From contig OZ024745.1 in the NCBI GenBank assembly GCA_964016885.1, positions 28,768,001 through 28,832,000 on the forward strand: a stretch of 64,000 bases of DNA, written 5' to 3'. This document shows positions 13,390-26,590 of this stretch, in pieces. Source of the stretch: Eledone cirrhosa. Taxonomy: Eukaryota. Both the position numbers and the translations under genes were made by a program. Below the pieces are notes generated by a model. It searched no databases. It saw nothing but the letters and a program-made list of their open reading frames with translations, and was not told the origin of the DNA. The first letter of the stretch is position 1. The number at the start of each line of letters is the position of its first letter.

Positions 13390-14945
13390 AGACCTAGTGC
13401 ATCTTGGATCGGACAATCCCGACTAACAGCACTTCTATGCCTGTAAAGTTTATCTCGAACTGGCAATGCCTCTCGGGCTAGGGATTTTCTAGAAATTATC
13501 TATGAACTCTTCGCCAAAAGTCTCCCAGATAGAAGTGGCTAGTTGATTTTTGTCGACGCATAGAATCTACTCAAGAACGTCGTCGCTTTTACTCGCTATA
13601 GATCGCCAAGATATAGTTTCCACTGACCGTACAGTCCGATTAGCAGAGGGCTGTGAGTGCTTATGGGCATTTCAATTTCGAAGCACTCACTCTCGGCCTT
13701 CGCTTGACCCATGACTGCAACTCCATCAATGACGTGAGCTGGAGAAAAACGCGTTTAGCGAAGGGTGACCACAACTATTCACTGTCAAAAAAAGTTGGAG
13801 ATGTCTTAAACACGGTGCATCTTGCTCGTTACCTCGCTCCATTTGTTGTCCTTCTGGAGATCTAGGTCAAACCAGACCCCTAGCAATTTAACTGGTCCGT
13901 CTGTCCAACGCCCGACGACACTGTTGGACGAAATGGACCTGTCTTTTCAGGTGCCGAGCCGATTTTTCATGGTTAATTTTCGCCCCGGGCATCTCTTCAT
14001 ATTCCCTCAGAACAGTGCCAATCACCTCTATGCGTTTGGTGCTAGACACTGCTACGGTGACATCGTCGGTATATACTGACATGCATCTCCCGTATCCTAG
14101 TTCTCGCTGGATGCCTTACATCGTCTCCAATTTGTGCATAATCAATACATATAATGGACGAAAGGGGACAACCTTGGTGGACCGAATACATGATGATGAA
14201 CGGTTCAGAGAGGTGACCGTTCACTCTGACCGCAGAGCAAATGTCGGTGTGCATTGCAGCGATCCAGCCTCTGAAAACAGGCCCGAAGCTGGCTGCCCCG
14301 AGGAAAGTTATTGACTGATCTGATTTGATCAGTGCCTCACCCGTGCCAAGTTCCGTAGCCACCCTATCAATGATGTATTGCATAAGGTGGAGGTTCTTGT
14401 GGATGGATCTGTGCGGAATGGCGCATGACTGCACCTCCCTACCCCACCACAGACGACAAGCGCCAACCTCGTCACTAACACGTTGGCCAAAACTTTAAAC
14501 TCTGCATTTAGAAAGGTTGTGGGCCTAAAATGATCGATATAGTCCCCCTTATTCGAGTTTTTTCTCAGCAGCGCCACACCTCCTCTGCTCACAAAACTGG
14601 GAATTCTCCCGTTCTGCTGCCAGTTGCAGTAGACGTCAGCTAAGAGGTCGCAGAAAAAGTCTGGCGTGCAAGCGTAAAACTCGTAGGGCAGACCATCCAA
14701 ACCAGGCCATTTACCTCTCGTGCAGTTAGCCACCGCCTATTATCGGCTTCTCGTAACACTCCATCTCCGTCGTCGTGACCCACTGTAGGTCGTCGAGGTT
14801 GACACAGAAGCCCATCCTGCAATCCAGCCCACCATCACTCCCGAACAGTTGAGCGAAGTGTTGCTGAAAAGTCGCACATATCTGCATGGGATCGAGTAAC
14901 TTGCGTCCGCCGTGATCCGCCAACGACCGGATTGTGTTTTTGTTT
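13390..14945 (-). mobile_element. Degenerate L1/Tx1-clade LINE ORF2 fragment
   Basis: GKWPGLDGLPYEFY, FRPTTFLNAEFKVLA, SVHQGCPLS and YTDDVT RT motifs spread over frameshifted ORFs. Confidence 0.85.
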
Positions 14946-15016
14946 CCACAATGAGAATTAACGAATTTGTATTAGTCATTACTATTTAATTAGAAGTGGA
15001 ATATTGTAAAGTTGTT

Positions 15017-15663
15017 TTATAATCGATACATAGTTGAAAATGAATGTTTCCATAAAAAATCGTTAATTTTGGCACCAATTACATATATTGCTGTCATCAT
15101 AGGCCACATTGATAGAAAGAATAGCAAGCGGGAATTGAACTTATATGAATGGAGAATTAGATAGGTCCAAGAAACTGTGTTTGCTCTCAGGTACAAAACG
15201 GTTACTTGGTAGGAGATAGTTATGAGGGAAATTCCAAGAAAGTGAACCTGGACCTTGAAATAAGGATGGTAGACGAGGTATTCTCTATAAGAACCATAAC
15301 GAAAGGAAGTATATGAACGATTGGGTCGTTAATTTCATTGAAGAGTTCAATAAGAATTGGTTTGTCAAAGATAAATAAACTCAAAAAGATAAGAAAGACA
15401 GCGGATCCCATTGGAAAGGCGATCAAATTGAAGCAATGTGAGAGACATTTCCGGAATAAATTGTGTCTAACTTGATGCAAAAGGGTTATATCGTAGATGC
15501 AACTAGATAAGAAGAAGCCTCCCAGGATCCATAGATTCCAGATAGTCAAGATATTTAAGTTGTGCAAAATTCCGAGGTACATGTTCCATTTCTTCATATA
15601 TAATATAAACAGTAGTATTAAAACGCAAAATATATGATAAACCAGCCGAATATTCAAAGACAT
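15017..15663 (-). pseudogene. Second AIG1/ADTRP-family paralog with one 1-nt frameshift (pseudogene or sequence error)
   Basis: ATG at 15663 (MSLNIRL), colinear with copy 1. GAG AA TAC CTC at about 15282 lacks one base relative to GAA AAA TAC CTC in copy 1. The shifted frame continues YLVYHPYF...WTYLIL...KHSFSTMYRL* to TAA at 15017-15019 (647 nt = 648-1). Confidence 0.85.
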
Positions 15664-16075
15664 TTTCTTTAACGTATTTAAATTGTTTTCCAAATAATAT
15701 TCTCCTGAACATGTAGAATTATTGCCACACACAACATATACGTTATATATAATGTTGTGTGTGTGATTGACATTACTATAATATTATGTCAGGCACAGAT
15801 AATATAGAATAATAGTTTTATTATACAGAAATTACGTAATATGACGATTGCAGATTGATAACGTCTGTCTTCACCATAATAGTGGTTGTTGTGCGTGTGT
15901 GGCTGGTATATGGAATATAAGGGTGCGGGTCAGGAGTTGGTTTAGCGGAATTATGAGAAGAGCGGTTGGTTTACGGCATTTTCAGGGTGATTTGATTGTG
16001 GGTTAAGGCAATCAAACGTCTTATATGCATATATATATATTCTGTGATTGTGTGATTGGCAGTTACGAAGATTGC

Positions 16076-16195
<120 letters not shown>

Positions 16196-16298
16196 AAAGT
16201 TATATTTAAATTGTTGTGTTACAACTAGTAAATATTTATAACTGATATAAAAGCACTCGACAAATATTTGGAGTATATTTACAAAACTGTTTATATTG

Positions 16299-16364
16299 TA
16301 TTTTGTCTGAGGAAGGCATAGCATATTGTTAATATGTTATCCCTGAAATATATATAATGAAATA
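16299..16364 (+). ncRNA. Minimal type I hammerhead ribozyme motif (Penelope-like)
   Basis: TATTTTGT-CTGAGGA-stem II (AGG...CCT)-GAAA-TATATA-TA-ATGAAATA. Confidence 0.6.
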
Positions 16365-16534
16365 AATATGGTTTTATAAATATAGTTTCCATTTATTTAA
16401 TATTGTATATATATATATATATATATATACTGTTTTTGTATATTGTCTATATACTGTTATATTGAATTTTTCACACAATATACGTTTGTGTGATATTAAT
16501 TATTATGTAATTATTATGTAATTATTATGTAATA

Positions 16535-16722
16535 GGGCGGTGGGTTGGCAGTATCGGTAGAGGGTCGGACGCCATGCTTTCCAGCATAGTTACGTCCCTT
16601 TACGATCTGAGTTCAAATCCCGCCGAGGTTGACTTTGCCTTTCATCCTTACGGGGTCGATAAAATAAAGTACCAGTAATGCACTGGGTAATTGCAGGCCT
16701 TGTGCCTAAAGTAGAAACAATT
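16535..16722 (+). mobile_element. Near full-length tRNA-derived SINE with Meta/MESC-like core
   Basis: A-box-like TGGCAGTATCGG, B-box GAGTTCAAATCC, core GCCTTTCATCCTTACGGGGTCGATAAAATAAAGTACCAG and tail GTAGAAACAATT. Confidence 0.85.
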
Positions 16723-16997
16723 AATTATTATGTAATTTTCAAACTAGCATACTGTATTTAACAGGAGAGAAAGAAGTGACAGATAAAAAACTTGTAGTTG
16801 TTTCCCTTTGGTATTTTCATAAGTTGATGTCTTTGTCAATTATTTTATACTTCCCTTAGGCAGGATACTCCTTGTCTGTCTGTGTCTTTTAATAAAACTT
16901 CAATAATATTCCAAATCTTCCCGTTCTCCTCTTCACGATTTTCATTAAAACCAATTCCTAACTCAGTATCACCACGTTTTGATACGTCGACTGCTAG

Positions 16998-17037
16998 TGA
17001 CGTCATAGAAAGCGTCCACTTTGGGATAGTCACGTGA
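16998..17037. promoter_or_regulatory. CRE palindrome plus E-box (GTCACGTGA) upstream of AIG1-like copy 2
   Basis: TGACGTCA at 16998-17005 and GTCACGTGA at 17029-17037. Confidence 0.4.
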
Positions 17038-17229
17038 TTCAGTACGTTATTAATCTTCTTCTTTAGTTCCTTTTGTTCCTTATGCAATATTTGGTGCCGA
17101 GAAATCTCCACTCGGCGGGGTAGTAAGCCCTGGGCCTGCTCCCACGTCAGGCACTATGTCTGCCAGGTTTTACTCTCCAGGCCACAAGTGCCTTCTCCTC
17201 GGATTTTCTGGCGTATACTCCGAGCTAAC

Positions 17230-18570
17230 TATTCACCCAGATCATGTTGACCTCTCGTTCACATTTCAACAAAAAAGCTGCAAGGTAACACTTCCCTTTC
17301 CACCCTGATTTTCTTCTTCAAGTGAAACTTGAAAAAGTTAATGAGGGATTGACCAAAGAGGAATGTGCCTGTCTTCAACCGTTCTGTCCAGGGCCGGATT
17401 TAGATTTGATGAGGCCCTAAGCTATTTGAAATAATGGGGCCCTTTATATGTTATAAAAAATGTTATAAAAAATGTTATAAAAACTGCAAAACGTTCAATA
17501 TTAAAGCAGAAAACTGTTTAAAACTATTGCATTATTTTAGTTCTTTTTTATCTTATATTTTGGAAATGTACACACCGTTTTTTTTTTCAATTTTTTCGGG
17601 GCCCCAAGAAAGTGGGGGCCCTAAGCTATAGCTTGTTTAGCTTATACATAAATCCCACTCTGGTTCTGTCGGGTCCACCATACAACCTCTTTTATCATGT
17701 CCACCAAGCAGATAAAAACTGCCTATCCTTCGCAGTTAAAAGAAGAGGGGGTGCAATCTTCACGATGGATGTAGCTGATAGCCGGATTCGTTCCACACGT
17801 TACAGCAGCTCTTTAACATAAACCTACAAGTCAACAATGCTCGGATATTAGATGAGCACGTGCAGGACGCTTTCGTCGCCCTGCGCGTATTTTGGACACT
17901 TTCGTGCCTGTAGAGCTTATCTCGAACCGGCAATGTCCTCCGGTAGCACTGCCAGGAAATTATCCATAAGCCCGCACTGAAAGTTCCCTGTAAGAGAGTG
18001 GATCATTGATTTTCGTTGACGCCTAGAGTATCTCTAAGAACATCGTCGCTTCCCCGCCAATAATCCTCTATAGAACGCCATTGTGGATTCTCTATCGATT
18101 GCAAAGCCCAACTGATAGCGGACTGTGATCGGTTGGCTACATTACAGTTGGCAAATGCTTCCTCTCGGTCTTTGCTTAACCCAGGGCTGCATCTCCTTCA
18201 AGGAGACAAACTTGGAAAATACATATCTAGCAAAAGGCGACCACACCAGTTCGCTGTCAGGGAAAAGCTGGGGATGTCATAGCCTCAGCGCATGTCTGCG
18301 CATCATCAGCCAGAGCATGTCCAGTCCTTCACACAGCGAGTGTTGAAAGCAGATGGACCGTGTGACCACTGGAACGCGTGCCATCCACAACAAGCGAAAG
18401 AGTATTGTGGTAGTACGTGGACGAGGACAAGACACGATAGTCAGGTGGTTGTAGATGATCGGAATGATATATACATTCGCCACCTCCGCCCGTTCTTTCA
18501 AGTATACTTTCCCCTCGGCCAATTTCTGGGTGAGAGTGACCACCCTTATTTTGAAAGAGTAACATCGAAT
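17230..18570 (-). mobile_element. L1/Tx1-clade LINE 3' fragment, interrupted by a MITE
   Basis: LKERAEVANVYI...LFRLLW...RRHALRL, homologous to 13400-13800. Confidence 0.7.
17389..17662. mobile_element. hAT-superfamily MITE
   Basis: TIRs CAGGGCCGGATTTA / TAAATCCCACTCTG with a perfect 8-bp TSD GTTCTGTC (17381-17388 and 17663-17670). Confidence 0.9.
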
Positions 18571-18918
18571 ACAAGTCCGTGTCCATATCACTAGGCTGCA
18601 TTTCATTAGAAATATATTGCATAATAATGTATTACCTAAGATGCTGTCTGAAGAAGTCGTGTTAGTCATTGAGCGATGGCTGCATTACATAATTGATAAC
18701 ACCACAGAAATACGTATTACGATGGAAACTTGCCATCGCATGTTTTATTATTATAGTACTCCATCAGTGACTACCACATCTGAATTGGAAGGATACACAA
18801 TGATGTTGAGTGCTTGATCCTAATTAGAGACTTATTTATTGATTGGAGTATTGCAAACACAACCTAATCCGTTCACATATATTTATAGCAGCGCATCGAA
18901 GGTGTAAATGCCTATCTA

Positions 18919-18951
<33 letters not shown>

Positions 18952-19199
18952 CTATATATCTACCTATCTATCTATTTATCTATCTATCTATCTAATAAAG
19001 AAATTTCTCTATCTATCTATCTATCAATCTATCTACCTCTTCGCCTTCTCTGTATCTCCCGTATCTTTCACCCCCCCCCTCTCTCTCTCTCACTCTCTTT
19101 GATCCTATGGGAAATATACACCTTAAAACTCCTTCTTTTACCCTCTAATCTGTCATTGACAAGGGTTGAGCTGCCAGTAGGAGATCCTATGAAACGAAT

Positions 19200-19997
19200 C
19201 AAACCCCGCATGTGCTCTAGGCACCCCTCTAAACATCTCACTGACCTTGACTTTGCGGATGACATTGCGCTTCTTGCAGATTGCCTAGAAAATGTGCAAC
19301 AACTTTTGACATCTCTTCAGGAAGCAGCCGCCCTTGTTGGCCTTCATCTCAACGAGGGTAAACCAGTACATTTCAAACTGTACAGACAACAACATTAAAG
19401 CAATCAATGGCAGTGATATCAAGAAAGTCGAGGATTTTAAGCATCTTGGGTCTTGGATCATGGACTCTAGGAAGGATTTTGCCACCAGAAAAGCCCAAGC
19501 ATAGTCAGAGTGCAACAAAATGGATCGAGTTTAGCATTCAAATCTTTCCAACCGCACCAAAATGAAACTCAAGTAACAATTCAACCAATCTTACTATATG
19601 GAAGTGAAACATGGACACTTTCATCCAAACAACAAAAGTGCCTTGATGGCACCTACACTCGCCTACTTCGACGCATTCAGAACATAAGCTGGCGACATCT
19701 GACTTTGAGAGAGATATATGCCGGCCTCCTACGCATATCTGTCGTTGTACATAAAAGGAGAGTAAGATTTGCTGGCCACAGTCATCGTGCCACCTCTGAG
19801 GCTGTGTCCCCACTAGTGCTTTGGAAACTACAAACAGTCACTAATAACAGGGAACGCAAGCTCTCCTATCCTGATGTCATCTCCAGAGATTCTGGTGTTG
19901 AAATCCAGGACTTCGCAAAAACAATGAACGACAGATGCAAGTGGAGATCAATTGTTGGATCGATTTCGGCTGAGGCCGCCGGATGGTGATGATGATG
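19200..19997 (+). mobile_element. 5'-truncated RTE LINE inserted into the 82-bp array
   Basis: DLDFADDIAL, ILLYGSETW, (GAT)n tail, and an 11-bp TSD ATGAAACGAAT (19189-19199 and 19998-20008). Confidence 0.9.
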
Positions 19998-20419
19998 ATG
20001 AAACGAATATGACCTGAAGCCATTACTTTCTGACATGGGTTTAACTTGCCATAGGAAGTATACGGCCTAAACTGCTTCTTTCACCCTCTAACCTGGCATT
20101 GACAATGGTTTAGTTGATGGAAGGAGATCCTATGGGACGTATACGCCCTAAAGCCATTACTTTCGCCCTGTAACCAGGCATTTACCAGGGTGTAACTGGC
20201 TATATGAGATTCTGTGCAATGTATACGCTTAAATCTGCTTCGTTTGCTTTCTGACCTGCTATTGACAGCCTGAAACTGCTTCTTTTACCCTCTAACCTCG
20301 CAATGACAGGGGTTTAGAAGATCCCATGGGAGGTATATGCTTTAAAACTGATTCTTTTACCCTCTAAGCAGGCATTTACCAGGGTTTAGCTGGCCGTAGG
20401 AGATCCTAGCGCAAACAAA

Positions 20420-20860
20420 CCCGTGTACACTAGCTGCAGTAAGAGTGGAAAAAGAGCTCACAGAATTGTTCACTGTAAACAAAGGAATTCAACAGGGATG
20501 CCTGGTGTCACTTTTGGCATTCAATCTTTACTCTGAGGAGAGGATGAGAAAGTCAGTAGATATACTCTCCTGGATTTGAGTTACTGTTGGCGTGAAAGAG
20601 ATTAACAACCTGCGGCATGTACGTCATAGCAAACTCACCAGCAACTCTTCAAACACTGCTGGTTAAAGTTTACAAAATTTGGAGATCAAAGTTTACAAAA
20701 TCTGGAGATCAACATAAAAAAATGCAGAAGGTAGAAATGAACATACGGAGGCAAGGTGCGAGGCTGGAACAAGTGGAGAAGTTCAAATACCTTGGTTCAA
20801 TACTTGAGCAGACGACAGAGGGAAGTTGGGAAATAAGGGCGAGATTAGCAACTAAATAAA
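20420..20860 (+). mobile_element. Degenerate RTE-like RT fragment
   Basis: KGIQQGC, INNLR and LEQVEKFKYLGS remnants. Confidence 0.7.
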
Positions 20861-21483
20861 ATAAAATAAATACACTTCGGGATTCTCAGTACATTTTTCA
20901 ATTTTTTCAAAGGGATGTAAAAGGAAAATTGAAACAGATGTATCTCTCGTCTAGAACTGAACCCCTAAGCAGGATTTACACAGCCGCTAAGATTTCCCTC
21001 CAGGCCACCGAGAGAGCCACAGAAGTCTACTGAAAATTAATAATTATAAACCCACTTTCAATGTTAAATTAAATTAAATTAATTAAATTAATCTAAAATA
21101 AAATAAAATAACACAAATAAAATGAAATATATAAAATGATATGAATTAGATTAAATTAAATCGAAAACTGGAAATCTCAATAACGATAAATGTGTTTAAA
21201 AAATTAATGTATATCTCTCTCTTGAGCTCTTTCTCTGTCTGATGTTTTGATATCTCCCCGTTATTTTTCCTCTGTTCTCTTTTCTTTTTGCTTTCTTCTT
21301 TTTCTTTATCTATCTTTCCCTTTCTTTTCTCCACGTTTCTCTCTCTCTCTCCATCTTTTTACTTACTCTTAACACTATGACTTACTAAAGTAAACAAACC
21401 ACTATCCTGATGGCCTCCAAAAACAACGGTCACCTTTTTGAAAGGGTATGTCAATTATCTATTTGTAAAACTGTTATATATTG

Positions 21484-21548
21484 TATTTTGTCTGATGAAG
21501 GCATACCATGATTTAACTTGGTATCCTTGAAATATATATAATGAAATA
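21484..21548 (+). ncRNA. Minimal type I hammerhead ribozyme motif, same family as 16299
   Basis: TATTTTGT-CTGATGA-AGGCATACCA...TGGTATCCTT-GAAA-TATATA-TA-ATGAAATA. Confidence 0.6.
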
Positions 21549-21585
21549 GATATGGTTTTATAAATATAGTTTCCATTTATTAATA

Positions 21586-21660
<75 letters not shown>

Positions 21661-21693
21661 AATAAGGGCGCTGCGGAGTTGCAAATGGGTTAC

Positions 21694-21848
21694 ATATGAA
21701 AAAAGTTTGTCCTTCATCAGTGATATTCCAACTATCATAGGCATTTCATCGCTTTAAAGACCATATACCAACCGGAGGTATATGGTCTTTAAAGCGATGA
21801 AATGCCTATGATAGTTGGAAGATCACTGATGAAGGACAAACTTTTTTC

Positions 21849-21852
<4 letters not shown>
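21694..21852. repeat. Inverted repeat, 76-bp arms with a 7-bp spacer
   Basis: Arms 21694-21769 and 21777-21852 are reverse complements with one mismatch seen. Confidence 0.9.
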
Positions 21853-21916
<64 letters not shown>

Positions 21917-22075
21917 ACACAACATATATATATATATCCGCACACACAGACACACACACACACGCACACATTTAAAATTAAAATTAAAATTATAAATTCA
22001 TGGGAGACAATTCTGTTTAATTTACAATGTGTTTGTCTCCCTTTTCTCTTTTAAGCAAACGTCCTTCAAAAACTG

Positions 22076-22153
<78 letters not shown>

Positions 22154-24709
22154 ACACACACACACACGCACACACACACGCACATTAATATTTGCACTCT
22201 GACTCGGGTTTAGCTGGCCGTATGAGAACGTATGTGAAGTGTACGGTCTAAAATTGCTTCTTTCACACACTATCCTTGCATTGACAATGGTTTAGTTGGC
22301 TGTAGATCTTATGCGACGAATGCGCTCTAATCAGGTATTGACCAGTATTTAGCTGACCATATGTGATCTCATGGGAAGTATAGGCCTAAAGCTTCTTCTT
22401 TCACCCTCTAACCTGCCATTGAAAAACGTTTAGCGGGCTGTAGGAGATCCTATGGGAAGTATACAATCTAAAACTGCTTCTGTCTCCGTGTAACTTTATA
22501 TTGATCAGGGATTAAATGATCCTATGGGAAGTATACATCTTAAAATGCCTTCTTTTACCCTCTAATCCATCATGACAAGGGTTGAGCTGACAGTAGGGGA
22601 TCCTACTTTCGCACTCTGATATTGGTTGAGCTGGCCTTATGAAATCCTGTAGGAAGTATACGGCCTAAAACTGCTTCTTTCGCCTTCTATCCTGGCATTG
22701 ACAAGGGTTTAGCTGATGGAAGGAAATCCTATGAGAAGTCTACGCCTTAAAGCCAATACTTTCACCCTCTAACAAGGTATTTACCAGGGCTTAGGTGGCC
22801 ATATGAGATCCTATGCGATGTATACGCTTAAATCTGCTTCTTTTACTTTTTAACCTGGCATTGACAGCGCTCTAGTTGGCTGTTGGAGATCCTACAGGAC
22901 TTATATACATACAAATGCTTCTTTAATCCACTATCCAGTCAAGGACCGGGGTTTAGTTGGCGGTGTGTGATCCTAAAAGAAGTAGACGTCTTCAAACTGC
23001 TTCTTTCGCCCTCTAGCCTTGCACTGACTAGTGTTTAGCTGGCCATAGGAGGACATATCCTTGCAAAGACTAGTGTTTAGCTTGCCATAGGAGGACATAT
23101 GGGACGTATATGCTCTAAAACTTCTTCTCACCATCCCACTTCACTTTGATCAGGGATTAGATGGTCCTATTGGAAGTATGCACCTTAAAACACCTTCTTT
23201 TACCTTCTAATCTATAATGGACAAGGGTACAGCTGGCCTTAGGAGATCCTATGGCACGAATATGACCTAAAGCTATTATTTTCGCACTCTGACAGTGGTT
23301 TAGATGGCTATATGAGATACTAAGTGAAGTATACTCCTAAAACTGCTTATCCCATCCTTTAATCTTGCATTGACAAGGGTTCAGCTGGACGTAGAAGATC
23401 CTATGGTACGTACACGACCTAAAGCCATTATTTTCGCATTCTGACATGGGTTTAGCTGGCCGTAGGTGATACTGTGTGAATTATAAGGCCTAAAACTGCT
23501 TCTTTTACCATTCTAACAGCGCAGTGACCAGGTTTTAGTGGGCTATATTAGATGCCAAGGGAATTATTCACCTACAACTTCTTCTTTCGTCCTCTAACAA
23601 GGCATTTACCAGGGTTGATCTGGTCATATTGGATCCTGTGCGATGTATTCTCACAAATCTTCTTTCGCCATCTAATCTGGCATTGACAAGGATTTCGCTG
23701 GCCATTACTTTTGCAATCTGACCTGGGTTTAACTGGCCGTAGGAGAGCCTCTGTGAAGTATACGGCCTAGAACTTCTTCTTTCATTGTACTAAGTGCGCA
23801 GTGACCAGGATTTAGATGGCCGTAGGAGGTCCTATGTGAAGTATACGTCTACAACTGTTTCTTTCGCTCTCTAACAATGCATTTACCAGGGTTTAGCTGG
23901 CAATATGAGATATTATGACTGAAACGGATTCTTACAGACACGATCCTTGAATTTATAAGGGTTTAGAAAACCTACATGAAGTATTCGCTTTAAAACTGTT
24001 TCTTTTACCCTCCAGTCTTGCATTGACAATGGTTTACCTAGCCGTAGGAGATCCTATGTGACATATATACCCTAAAGCCCTGGCTTAACTGACTGTAGAA
24101 TATCCTGTGTGAAGTATACTACCTAAAACATCTTCTTTCATCCACTAACCAGGCATTGACCAGAGGGTAGTGGGCTGTAGGATATCCCATGGGATGTATA
24201 TGCCTTAAAGCCTTTACTTTCGGTCCTCTAACCCCGCAATGGCAAAGGTTTAGCTGGCTGTAGGAGATCCCATGGTACGAATATGACCTAAAGCCATTAT
24301 TTCCGAACTCTGATATGAGTATAGCTGGTTAAATGAGAAACTATGGGAAGTATATGGCCAAAACTGCTTCTTTCACCCTCTAACCTGGCATAACAAGGAT
24401 TTAGCTGGTCATGGGTGATCCTACCGGACATATACACCTAAAAGATCCCATAGGAAGTGTATGCTTGAAAACTGCATTTTTTACCCTCTAACCAGGCATT
24501 TACCAGGGTTTAACTAGCAAAATGAGATCCTAAAAGATATATATGTCTTCAAACTGCTTCTTTCACCATCTAACCTGACATTGACCAGTATTTAGTTGGC
24601 CATATGAGATCTCATGGGAATTATAGGCCTAAAACTGCGTCTTTTGCCCACTAACCTGGCATTGACAAAAGATTAGCAGACCTAGGAGATCCTAGGGCCT
24701 GACAAATTT

Positions 24710-24983
24710 TTTTCTTGTTTCTGTGTGTGTAGTTACCACCCAATCTTACATCAAAGGTGCTTGCAAATGACTATTTTTTCACATATTATCAATGATTATG
24801 ACATGAAAACCTATCGTTTACGATTGGTTTCCGTGTCATAACTTCACCAAACCAAACCACACTATACCAAACTACACTAACCATACCAAACTACACCAAA
24901 CAAAACCACACTATACCAAACTACATCATACTACATCACACCATACTATTGATCTGTGTGAAAAATTTTCTTCCTGTTTTTTT

Positions 24984-25056
<73 letters not shown>

Positions 25057-25860
25057 TGCGTGCGTGCGTGCGTGCGTGTGTGTGTGTGTGTGTGCGTGTG
25101 CGCGCGCGCGCGCGCGCGCGTTAGCTTACCACTTAATCTGACCTCCAAGTTGCTTGCAATTGACTGTTTTTTCCACCCACATATTATCAATGAATGTGAT
25201 TTTGAAACCTGACGAAAATGACTAGCTTTGTTGAGAAATGAGGGCGGAAAGTGGGAGGAAAAAACCATTCACAAAGCTAGTCATTTTTTATTGCAATGGA
25301 AATCATATTCGTTGATAACATGCAAAAAGAATAGTTGATTGCGTGCATCTTGGGGGTCAGAGAAGTTGAAAGCACAATAAAAACAAAGGAAAACAAATTT
25401 TCCAGCTTAAATTGTTCTACCTATTACTGTCTGTATATCTACGTATCTATCTCTGTATCAATCTATCTAGCTATCTGTGCATCAGTCTATCTATTTATTT
25501 ATATCCCTCTATGTAGCTATCCACCTATCTATACCTACCTACCAAGCTAAGTATCTATTTACTTGCCTTGCTATTTATATATCTAACACTAATCCAGGAA
25601 AAAAGGTCGATTCCAAGCATCTTTGAGGTCACTTTTTATGTTAGAGAGGATACGCGTTACTTTTTAAAGATTTTAAGTTAGAGAAAATCACGCTATACCA
25701 TACAACACAATGACACAGCACACCACTCTAACCTACACTATACCAAACCAGATTATACCAAACCCCGGTAAATTTATAGAACACCAGGATTTCTGTTTGA
25801 AAGTTTTTTTCCTCATTTTTTTTTTGTTTTTTTTTGTTTTTTGGTCTTATCACACAAGAT
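24710..25860 (+). repeat. Old local duplication, paralogous to about 30640-31620
   Basis: Shared blocks such as ACCATTCA(C/T)AAAGCTAGTCATTTTTTATTG and CCAGGATTTCTGTTTGAAA. Confidence 0.75.
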
Positions 25861-25865
25861 GTATA

Positions 25866-26590
25866 TTACTAATACACATCCATCGGAGCATGCAAGCTTC
25901 ATTTCTTTCCAATTTACGCAAGTCTTCTGCACACAGCGTCCAGGTCTCACTACCATGCAACATTGCCGTCCATATGCACGCATCATACAGTCTGCCTTTC
26001 ATTCTGAGGAAAAAACCTTTTGTAGCCAGCAGTGGTATTAGCTCCCTCAACTTCTTCCATCCCATTCTTACTCTGGCTACTGTGCTTTCAGAACACCCAC
26101 CTCCGCTTCTAATTCGGTCACCCAGGTAGCAGAAGCTGTCTAGTGTTTCTACCGAGCCCTCCCAGACTTTGATGGCACTTGTTTCCTGTGATCGTTTGCT
26201 GCTTACTGTCCCGGTGCAACAGCGAGATGTAAAGCCTACATTCTTAACTAAACTTCCTGAGATCCCACTACATCTCTTGTGTACCTTTAGTTTGCATATG
26301 GGGCAGCGGATGGAGTTCCTACCTACACCTTTCCTACATACTGAGCAAGGCCATTTCCCTGAAGGGATCTGGGCTCTGCTTTCTCACCTTCTTACTAGGA
26401 TCTTAGTCTTTGTCAGGTTGACTTTAAGACTCCTTCCTTCCTGACCCTGCTTCCACGTTTGGAACTTCGTCTCTAGTTCCGCCATGGATTCAGCTGTACA
26501 GGAGTTCCCATGGGCAGCAGATCTTAAACTCCTCTATTATAGCCTGCAGTATGATAATAAATAGGAGAAGGGCTAAGAACAGAGCTTTGT
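25866..26590 (-). mobile_element. RTE LINE fragment of the PHD-bearing family
   Basis: GKWPCSVCRKGVGRNSIRC and KGRLYDAC...MLHGSETW match the element at 43776-46959. Confidence 0.9.

Larger units (their letters stand above)
19100..24700. repeat. Diverged ~82-bp tandem array (segments 19100-19199, 19998-20410, 22190-24700)
   Basis: Recurrent unit CCCTCTAACCTGGCATTGACAAGGGTTTAGCTGGCCGTAGGAGATCCTATGGGAAGTATACGGCCTAAAACTGCTTCTTTCA with shorter variants. Confidence 0.9.

Noticed and set aside
13390-14945. A-to-G hypermutation in the L1/Tx1 fragment
   Set aside because: Only scattered candidate changes and no clear skew without a consensus.
15664-15732. N-terminal extension MCGNNSTC... in the ORF track for AIG1-like copy 2
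   Set aside because: Non-ATG start. Homology to copy 1 begins at the ATG at 15663.
21820-21850. Hammerhead in the 76-bp inverted repeat
   Set aside because: CTGATGA is present but the sequence ends before stem II closes, and no downstream GAAA or stem III follows.
19100-24700. CRISPR-like or coding-repeat reading of the 82-bp array
   Set aside because: No unique spacers, no cas genes, eukaryotic context and frequent stops and indels.
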